Source of the DNA: Callorhinchus milii | Taxonomy: Eukaryota | Length of the DNA: 64,000 nt | Direction: 5' to 3' | Assembly (NCBI RefSeq): GCF_018977255.1 | Contig: NW_024704743.1 | Location: forward strand, 3,536,001 to 3,600,000 | In this document: piece by piece, positions 1 to 10,600 of the stretch | How positions within the stretch are numbered: position 1 is the stretch's first letter | Layout: every line of letters begins with the position of its first letter | Notes under the pieces: model-generated | The model's input: the letters and a program-made list of their open reading frames with translations, nothing else | Database searches by the model: none | Told to the model about the DNA's origin: nothing | Made by a program: the position numbers and the translations under genes

Positions 1-730
1 CAAAGTATCTTTTAGATTCCTTATCTTAAATCTGTATTCTGTGGTTACAAACTCCCCAACAAGAGGGAACAGTCTACTTATACTAACATTATCATTTTGT
101 AATTTTATAATTTTAAACACGTCTATTAGTTCCTCTCTTAAACGTTTCTTTAGCCAAAAATGGCCTTTCTATCCAGTCTATCCTGATAGACAGCCCCAGG
201 TATCATCCTACAATACCTATTCTGCATACAACAACAAAAACAACAACAACAACAAAATTACATTTATAGAACGCCTTTCATGTCAGGAGGACGTCCCAAA
301 GCATTGTATACTTTCCGTTGTTGCTATATGCTTCTTATAGTATGGTAATGAGAATTGGACACAGTTCTCCAAAGGTGGTCCAACCAAGGTTTGTACAAAT
401 TCAACATTACTTCTTCACTTTTATACTCTTTAGCTCTGGATATAAAGCCAAGACCCAATTGGCCTTTTATGGTCTTATCTGCTTGTGTTTTTTTTAGAAA
501 TTTGTGGAATCTGAATTCCCAGATCTATCTTCTCCTCTACTCCTCTTACGTTCCTACCCATCTAACCTATAGATGGCTTCTTTAATCTTTTTCTGGCAAA
601 GTGAATTGTTTCACATTTTCTTATGTTAAATTTAATTTGGCATCTGCCTGCCCAATCTGATAGCCTTTTATTTATCATGCCCCCCTCCCCAGTTTGCTGT
701 CATCTGTAAATTTTGACACCACACCTTCTA
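1..730 (-). mobile_element. Degraded CR1-type LINE ORF2 3' region, interrupted by an L2-tail fragment (~230-305)
   Basis: Antisense CR1 motifs (cagtttgctgtcatctgtaaa = FADD region; gagaattggacacagttctcc); (CAA)n tail at 228-254. Confidence 0.6.
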
Positions 731-996
731 TATCTGAGTTTCAAAGCAAAATATAGTACTTGTAGTCAAATAGGGCAGCCAAAATGTGCAGCAATGTCCC
801 ACAAACAGCCATGAATGAGCAATTTTATTTGGTGGACTGGTGGCCAGGAGACCGTGAAAAACTCCCTCCACTTTTTGAATAACGCCATGGGATCTTTAAC
901 ATCCACAAGGTGCACAACATGGTACTGATTAATAACATTCAAATACCTTCAATGTCAATGTATACTGGCAGCACATCTCTTCCCCTTGAAAGACTC

Positions 997-1340
997 CAAC
1001 AACAACAACAACAGAATTACATTTGTACAGTGCGTTTCACTTTGGATGTTCCAAGGCACTGGACAGACAGAAGTTTGGACCCGAGCTGGGCTTTGGGGTC
1101 AGGGAGTGTGGAGGGCGAGGAGGGAAGCAGGGGGATCGAAAGCCCGGTCGAAGAGGCGGCTCTTGAGATGGGTGAAGGAAGCAAGGGAAGGGGCGAGGCG
1201 AAGCGACTGCAGGATAGCTTTCTGGAGGGTGGGGGGAGAATGGCAGGAGGACCACCATAGTGGAGCGAGCAAGGCGGGGCACGTGAAGCAGGCCGGAGCC
1301 CGCTGAGCGGAGGGAGTGAGCAGGATGGTAGGGGGTTAGG
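997..1340 (-). mobile_element. L2 LINE 3' end
   Basis: (CAA)n tail plus homology to the L2 ends at 10640-11180, 14985-15230 and 29345-29650. Confidence 0.7.
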
Positions 1341-1479
1341 AGGTCCCATCCAGTTTATTGCATATGAGTGCACAGTCATCCCAAACATACTATACAAATT
1401 AAATAGGGTTTGCTCCCAACATTGTTGCATTAAATCACCCCACAGGAAATATTAGCTATTTCCATTATCAATTAATTAC

Positions 1480-1624
1480 CGAGACATGTAGTTCACCAGT
1501 TCTTTGAAATGTGCTTTTCCTTTCTGATCTTTATAGAATTCTGCTGCCATTTCAGGAGTCAACTCAACTGATTTCATTGCAGAAATAATGAAGCCTGATT
1601 TCTGGATTTTGGCTATAATCTCTT
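1480..1624 (-). CDS. NME8: NME8 coding exon 14 (EEIIAKIQKSGFIISAMKSVELTPEMAAEFYKDQKGKAHFKELVNYMS)
   Basis: tctgcag|AAGAGA...GTCTCG|gtaatt; 145 nt; NDK3 first half. Confidence 0.94.
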
Positions 1625-4600
1625 CTGCAGATGGGAGAAACAAAAAAAAATCTTATAAAGTAAGGCATTATACAGAAAATACACACTAAACCTACTGCAA
1701 AACCTAGGATGTGTTTATATTTAATATAAAATGGTGTTCCTAAAAAATACATATTTTATATGTCAAGGTATCAATGGATAATTTTAGGTTTTCTGTCAAT
1801 GTAATAATAATAATTCATGCATTTGGTATAGCGACTTATCACGACTTATTTGGTCAAGGCAGCAGACTGCAAAAGTTTCGGTGAAGCTGACTAACCATAT
1901 AGTTTGTAAGTCAAGCTGCTTTCAGTGCCTGAGAACAACAACTTACATTTATACAACGTCCTTCGCGCGGGGTAGAGTCCCGGAGTGCTGAGATTTGATC
2001 AGATAAGATGGAAAGAGTGCAACGTCCTAGATTATTTCACAGTTTTTTTTCAAAACGGACATAACCATCTGTACAGAGGCAGCCCCAGTGCTGCTGTGGC
2101 TAGAGCTGCACCTAACAGACCAGGAGCTTATCTATTTTGAATTGTGCTAATTTTGCTGGTCTCAGCATGGAGAGGCTAAATTGGCCCTGGGTTTCTGAAA
2201 GAAGGGAAAACCAGCCAGTGTTCCTGCTCCTAGTCCATTTCTAGCTCCCTTTACTAGTTGTGCGCATATGGCAGTCAGGTGGAGACACATCAGGCTTGGC
2301 TGTGATGCCCTCAATGGCCAGTTGCTCTACAAACGCTCACTGCCAAGGCTCACACATCAATAATGCTCGCTTGTGCAGGGTACCGATGCCTCTGGAACCG
2401 CACTCCAGCTAGAGGAGGCTGGACAGCAAAGAGGCATCTGCCAGTGGGGAGAATATTAAAAAAAAGTACTAATTTTCTGTTAAAAAGATATAAAGTACAG
2501 CAATGTACGAGTTCTATAAATCTGTGACTTTCCCAATTAAAGGAATCTTATCAGCAATTATGAATTTTAAACTTGAGCCAATGGCACACAACAAATGTAA
2601 TCCTTTATTTAATGTGACAGTTAGCCCAAGATGGATCAAGCAGTTGGGGGTGAGCTCATGGTAGAAAGTCAATTATGAATTAGATTAGATACTACCCAGC
2701 TCCCACCCCCAAATATTTTCATGAATAACATTTGTTTGATTTGTTCTGAAAGGAGATTCCATATTTGAAACTAAACGAGTTTTAGAAAGCAAATTGGATC
2801 TTTGCTTGGCATCCAACCCCACGACTGTGTAGAGCTGTGAGATGCCATCCTGTATGAAATATATAAAGGTCATGAAATGTCATGCAACAGCCAGAATGGT
2901 GGAAGGTGAACTGGATGGACCTTGGTCTTCTTTCGTCCAGCAAATTCTATGTTCTTAGACAATGGACTCAGTAAGACTCCCTGTGTAGGGATCAAATGCT
3001 GGACAAGTGTATCACTACCTCCTTTGGACTCGGAAACCAAACTGTTATGACTTGGAAGAGAGAGGAGGGATATTCACATTAGGTGTCTTTCACTCAATCT
3101 TGGAAGTATCCCACTGGATCTGGGTTCCATCTGAGTTATCTGATGTATTTCCCATGCTGCCAGAGATCTAATCTCCATTGCTGCAGCTCTACTTTTTAAG
3201 AATCTTTCTTCTGGAAGATCACTCTTCTGCTTGAGCACAGAGAGCAGAGGCAGCTGTGTTCTGGTCAAATATTGAGCTTATCGTTGGCGTCCTAAAACTA
3301 CCAATGAGGCCAGTCAATTTGTCAATAGTTGAACAGGACCAATAACGAGTACTTTGTATATCTAGATGCATATAGTTCATCTCTTTAATAATATTACATT
3401 TGATTATAGCACCTTTTAAAAAGGGAAAGACGTCTCAAAATGCTTCACATTTCTGTAACGTGTATTGACTGCATTTGAAGGCAAATTAAATTCATCTCAA
3501 CTAATAACTTGAGGTAACTTACTGCTTACCTTTGTATTCTAATACAGCATCAGGTTTGATTGCTATTAGAGTGTGCTCAACAGGGAAGAAATAACGTAGT
3601 TCCTTCATTGCAATTTCAGAGCTTTCACTACCGTGTATCTGGTTGAATGGAATATCCGGACATACATATCTTGCTCGTAAGCTAAACCAGGCAACAATAG
3701 TATACACAATATTATCAAGTTCATAGAAAAATAATACTGTTTGAACATATATGCAACTCCAGGTTTTATACAAAATAGTTGCATACTTGTCAGTGTTACT
3801 TAGTATTGTGTTATTTAGCTAACTCCATGGCTGCTATTGGGATATTGTTGTGCACAAACTAGCTTCCGCATTTGTTCACAAATTACACGATCCACTTTAC
3901 AGTATATCCTGTGAAGTGCTTTGAGATGTCTTTGAGATGCCCTGAAGGTGTAGTGGATAGAGCTGTAGGTACAGACTAGCTCACTGGGTGTAACAAAGTG
4001 ATTCACAGATCATTGTTCTACTCCACTATCAGTGATCGAACCTTAGGCAACCACACCCCCAACCACTGAATGTCCTCCCTCTACTCCTCCTTTTCATCCC
4101 CATTGTATATCACTTTAAATCCTGCCTATAAATCTACCTCTCCTCTGTTGCTTTTTGGGGGAATAGTGCTTTGAGATGTCTCAATGTTGTGATAAGATGC
4201 CAGAGATTTCCCATCTATTGTCTTTACAGACATTAAAAAAAACTAAAAGCAGTGTCAAAATCAAAACTTCACCACCTTTAAAACTAAATCTTACTTTGGA
4301 AATATCTGATTCACATAATTTCTTAATAAACAATCAGAGAAGCATCGATAACGGTACAATACAAGGAAGGTTGAACCTCCATTTAAGATTACTAACTGGG
4401 GAGGCGGTAAACATTATTTTCTTCCCTTGTAATCTTGTCACTCAATAAATGGCTGATCCACTCCATCTTTACACAAGGTTTATTCATTTGTCCAGGAGTA
4501 CAAATCTATTTGATCACTACTTTACAGTAAAATAAGATACAGTTCAAGACCAGAAACACTACTCCAATTTCAAAAATTGATCAAAAATTAGCATACGCAT

Positions 4601-7600
4601 TGAAAAAACTGATAAGCTATATGCAGTCAAAAGGATCAATCACTAAATGATCAATCATCTGAACACAAATTCACCTTGTAGGATTATGTTCTTGTGCTAT
4701 CTCAATGTCGTAATTTCCCATTAGGTTTCTCCAATGCTGGATAGCATTTTCTCGAACCAGAGCTAATGCCAGTAATGGACCACTGTAACATAAGCAAATT
4801 ATCAAAACAATTATACTCGCTTCAATGAACAACTTGTTAACCATCATAAATTAGTAGAAATTACTTACATATAATGAAGCAAAAAAAATGAGGTCAATTT
4901 ACTTTCAGCATTTTACAGAGCTTAGTGACCATTTTCATGAACTTTTCCATAAAAATAAAAGTCCTCTGAATATCAAAAGCATAGACATTTCTTTAAGCTA
5001 CATTTCGTTCTTGATTTAAGATCCTACCCTATAGAGCAGGGTGGTCGAACTTTTTGGCTGCATCCGGCCCGAGACCATTTCCGACATTCTAACCCGCTGC
5101 CTCCCTCCCCGTCTTCCTATGGTAGTGCAGGAGCTGTCGGTTGGGAGGAAGCAGCATGGGGAGTGGAAATAATACGGCTGCTACAGAAGTTGGAATGTTG
5201 GAAATGGTCTTGGGCTGGATAAAATCACCCTCTGGGCCGGATGCGGCTCACAGGCTGCCTGTTGGACGACGCTATGCTGGAAATGAAGCAAATTCCTTAT
5301 TATTTCTTTTGGTGAAAGAAGGAAGAACAGACTCTTATTTGCTTATATGATGGTTTGCTTTTTACATCAACGTAATTGGAAAGTAACCCTGCAGTGCATT
5401 TGGTGAATGGAATTTTCCGATTCTCCCCATTATCCCAAGAGGAGCTTTGAGCCACTGATTAGGCTTCCTGTGTATGACAAAATTATGGTGTTGCATAGAT
5501 ACTGTGAAATACTCTTCAGCAGCTATATCATTTTATAATAAAAAGTAATTACCTTGCCATGTATTCTATGAATCCTGAAGGCATCTCAGTATGCTGATTT
5601 GATAACCTATAAAATTTTGTTATTTGGTATTCTGTAAGTTGCAATTGTTTTTGGAATGCTATGGTAAATCCTGCCTTCTGAATCTCATCCAGAACAGCAT
5701 CTAAAGAAAAAAAAGAAAAGAGAAGAGGACAGCTACATAAGGATAAGCTGCACTATATGCTTGTAAGTCTACTAATTATTTATGCAGGTATTGTGTATAT
5801 GATCTATAAATCAAGATACACAAATAGAAAGATCAGAGAGATGTAAGAAATGTTCAGAGGAAAGTGGTTGCCTATACTTGAGAAGCAATGTAAAAACAAC
5901 AACAAATTACTTTTATATGGCACCTTTCACATCAGGAGGACGTCCCAAGGCACTGGAATCACAGGGATGAATTAAAGTGTTGGAGGGGTGAACAGTGAGA
6001 AATGACTGCGTAAGTAAGTTAGCGCTGGCTTTTCAGCCTTGGAATGAGATGTTTAAGAAGTGTAGAGGTAGGTACAATTCTAAATGGGATTGAGATCCAG
6101 AACACTACTTTCAGGCACTCCAAAGCAACAGGATGAGAAGGCACAGGTTCAGGGCTGTGAAGGAGAATGTCAGAACAGACTCCAGGAAGTATTTCTTTAC
6201 ACAGAGAATAAATAATGGGGCTCCGACCTCTAAACTCCCAGCCTATCCCTCAAACCCACCATGAACCTGTGAACAACCTAGGTGTTTGGTTTGATCCCTA
6301 GGTGTCCTTCTTTCCTCATATCCGGTCCCTGACCAGGACCACATTCCTCCACCTCCGCCACATCGCCGCCTCCAACCAAACCTCACAACAAATGCTGCTG
6401 AAACCCAACCTGCCCATTTGTAGTCTCAAATAGAAAAGGGCTGATATTCATTCGGTGTACCATTAAAAACTTGTGTTAAGTCATCATTAAAAAGAAAGTT
6501 AGCTATTAGGACTGTAAACCAAACAAGTGGTCTAGTATAAAGAACCATTCCATAAAACAGTGATTGAAACCAACCCAACTGCTGTGGCAGCTATTTTCAA
6601 TCATAGCAAATCGCATCAACAGTAGAAGACCATTGCAAAGTACTATATGCATGAGCTTGTGACTCATTTATAAGTTTCTATCTTACCCCAATTTCATTAA
6701 TGTGATTAAGTAATACAAATCTGGTCTGCTTGCAGCATTTTGGAAACAAAGTCCACACTGCAACTTTTAATGCAGTATAAAAGTGGTATACAAATACTTT
6801 TTGTGGTTCGGTTTTCTCTTTTCTTGTTTGTAACTATTTTCTCTTCGCAGCCTAATTTGATGTTGGATCTTTCCTGACTTTTTAGTACAACTGTTTATGT
6901 TTATTACCGGCAATGCCAATATTTCTGTTTACTTTGGATAATGTACCCAATTATATAGTATGGGGAATAAGGAGAATGAGTGACTACATCATAAATACAA
7001 AAATTAATTTTCCAGTTGAAGATAAGAAATATTTCAAAATTTAAACAATTCTACTGAAATTCACAGAGAATGGGTAAAAATCCAGTCTTGTACCTTTATT
7101 CTCTTCAACAAGTTTTGGTCTGAGGATGGCTAGTGTCTTTTCAGTTTTCTTTACACTTTCATAAACAGTAGGGAAAAAGAAAGCGAATAGTCTGTAGGCT
7201 AGTTCCCTGATGTCACTAAAAAAAAAGATTTAAAAATATGGAATTAAAATGGAAGAATTTATATTCTTGAAATATTTTTAGATTGGAAAGTTTTAAATGC
7301 AATAGTGTCCTCCACTGCGAAATACAAAAGGCAAGATAAATACTGTATAATAGGCATTTTTTGCTATATTCTCCTCATGGTTCTTCTTTGCTTCCTAATT
7401 TTGACCACAAAATATACAGTCAATCCACTTTACAGTAAATCCTGCGATGCGCTTTGAGACATCTCAATGACATGTTAAGGAACTATTCCTTCAAAAAAAT
7501 ATGAATTTGGTCATTATATCCCCAAATGTTTGCGGGACACTGCTGAGAGCCATTGGTTGCCGCGTTTCACCCACAAAATATACAGTCAACTCACTTTATA

Positions 7601-10600
7601 GTGTATTCTGTGAAGCTCTTTGAGACGTCTCGAAGACTTAATAAGGTGCTATATCAAATGCAAGGGTTATTATTATTAACAAGGTAGATAGTTGCACAAT
7701 AACATTGATCAATAGTTAAGAATTGTAAAAGTGTTTTATACCTGTCTTCTTCATCTGTTTTGGCAATTTCAATATCCTCGTGATAAAAATCTTCCTTGTT
7801 GAACTTTTCCACTGTTTCACCTCCTTCAGATAATAATAGCGCATCACAAGGATCACTCGTCATCATTTCAATAAATTCGCTAAAGTGAGTCTGGTGAAAA
7901 TAATTTAATTTATAGTGAGAATCAGACTTCACAAAGAACCACAAGGGAGATGTGGATGAGTGGGCACATCTGTAACCATTTACGCTCATTCTTCCAGAAA
8001 ACCCACCCTACTGTCAATATAAAAACAAACTGAGTTTAGCATTCTAATCTCTACTACGCTTCCTTGTTTCAACTATTCATTACCCTCAGTGCAAAAAAAA
8101 ATCCCTTCTGGTATCAGTACTAAATTTGGCCTTCACAACTTGTGGCCTCTTGTCCTCCTGGCTTTGTGCATGAGAAAGTACTGTCCTGGGTTTACTCCCT
8201 CACTCTCATTTAGTTTCTGATCCCAACACCCTGCTGGGGTCCAAATCCCTGACTGTCCAGCACATTGGAACATACTCCCAATGCGAAAGGCGCTATACAA
8301 ATGTAATTTGTTGTTGTTGTATCTACCAGTTATAAATGTTCTTTCTAAAGCATTTTGTTCGGCGTATTTATTGACTCTTATCACATCTGACCAATATTGG
8401 AGATCATCACTGCAAGGCCAGATCTTACCTTTGAAAATATTTATTTTACTCACATTTTTTTTGTGAAGCAGTCTCATGAATTATTTTGTCATAGGACTCT
8501 TGGAAGTCCTGATAATAATAAGTTATAAGCGTTAAAATGAGTTCCCACTATCAAATCGATATGTTCCCTTCTCGAATGACTAATTTTGTTTGGAGGATTG
8601 CTGGCCAGGGAGAAACAACCTTCTCTTTTCAAGTTGTGCCATGGGATCTTTAATGCCCACCTGAACAGGCAGTCAGGGCCTTAGCTTAATGTCTGATCCG
8701 AAGGATAGCACTTACAACATGGCATTGAGTGTCATTTTAGACTACGTGAGTTTAAATCCCGATGTGGGGTTTGAATCCACAACGCTCTTGGTTCTAGAGG
8801 CCAGGCTGAATCAGAACAAACCGAGTCACCACCCTGCATAAAGGGTGCTATTTAAATATTAAAAGTTATTGATATATTCCTTCTCTCGTGTATGTCTATC
8901 TAGCTTCTTTTAAATGCATTTCTTTTAAAGGCAGTACTTACTTGATCCTTTTTGAAATCATACAGTTCTTTAGCATCAGATAAAGAAAGTATTTTCACTT
9001 CTTCAGCCACAATTAGGTACCCTGTTTCTTTAATCTTGAGGAAACACAAGAAGCCAATTAGTAATTATAGCTGAAAATTAGGTCTGTTAAAAAACATAGG
9101 GTGCATAGTATTAATGGAAAGGCAGCAGCATGGAAAGAAAGTTGATTAAAAGATAGGATACAGAGGGTGGGACTAGAGGGACTTAATAATAATCCTTGCA
9201 TTTGCTATAGCACCTTATCACATCTTCGAGATGTCTCAAAGCACTTCATAGCATGTACTATAAAGTGAATTGACTGTATATTTTGTGGGCGAAACACGAC
9301 AGTGAATTGCGCACAAACAGTTGTGAATTGAATGACCAATTTATTATTATTATTTTTTATTACTATTCTTTTGAAGGGATTATTACCCCCGGAAAAGCGA
9401 TCTGCCAATCGGCTAACAACTGGATTCCTACTTACTGCTAGGTAAATAGGAGTAAGTCCTACCTGAGAATCGAACCCAGGTCCCCTCGCGTACAAGACGA
9501 GTGCTCTAACCGCTAAGCTGCAGGACTCCACATTCGCAATGGAAAGACGTAAATCATGGTGTCCCCCAGGAGTCCGTGTTAGAACCACTGCTTATCCCCA
9601 TTTAAATAAATGAACTGGATTCGGGTATAAGCAGCACAATTTCTAGTTTGCAGATGACACAAAAATAGATACTATAGCTAACAGTGAGGAAGATTGTAAG
9701 CAACTTCTGGAGGACATAGTCAGATTAATTGATTGGTCAGAATAATGGCAAATGAAATTTAATGTGAATAAAAGTGAATATATTTTGGGAGTAAGGATAA
9801 GGAGAAGTACAGTACAGTATATATTGGGTAGTAAAATATTAGTCAATGAAGAGGTCATTAATTTAAGATAGTTAGTAAGGGGAGGGAAGTAGTTAGGGGA
9901 AACTGTTCACGCATATAGTAATTTGAATATGGAATGCCTTTAAAAGGGAACTAGAAAAATAATAATAGTCCTTGCATTTGATATAGCGCTTTTCACGTCT
10001 TCTAGACGTCTCAAAACTCTTCACAGAATATACTGTAAAATGAATTGACTGTATATTTGTGGGCGAAACGCATCAGCCAATTGCACACAGCAGTCCCACA
10101 AACAGTCGTGGTTTGAGTGACCGAATAACTATTATTTTTTTTGAAGGATCATTATCCCCGGAAAACCTTAAGAAGAGTCAGCTACAGGGGTATGGGGAAA
10201 GGGCAGGTAAATGCAATTGAAAGTATTGCTCTTGAGGGATCCAGACACAAACATGATGGGCCAAATTACTTTCTTCTGTGCATAAATTTATATGGTTTTG
10301 TATTTGCAATATTTGGTGCTTTATAAACGGAATTAGGGATGACTTACACGTTCTTTGATCATGTTGTCTTTTCCGGCAGTTAGTGCAGTAGGTCTTATAA
10401 GCACGATAGTGAATAGCTTTTCTGGTAAAATAATAAAGATTTTATTATAGTAACAATAATAACAAGATTAAATTTGTATAGCGCCTTTCGCGTCAGGCGG
10501 ACGTCCCAATGCGCTGGACAGTGTGCAGCATTTCAGACACGAGCAGGGGTCAGGGGAGGAGAAGGGGCGTGGCCGATGGCACAGTCAAAGAGGAGGGTCA

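Noticed and set aside
1325..1430. MGPPNP resembling the next NME8 exon motif MGPTDP
   Set aside because: The preceding residues lack the GP..ALxL..NA..WR pattern, there is no suitable acceptor, and it runs into L2 sequence.
7654..7989. 111-aa ORF as a standalone gene or extended exon
   Set aside because: Only 7742-7890 is NDK-like and bounded by splice sites; the flanks are intron and SINE.
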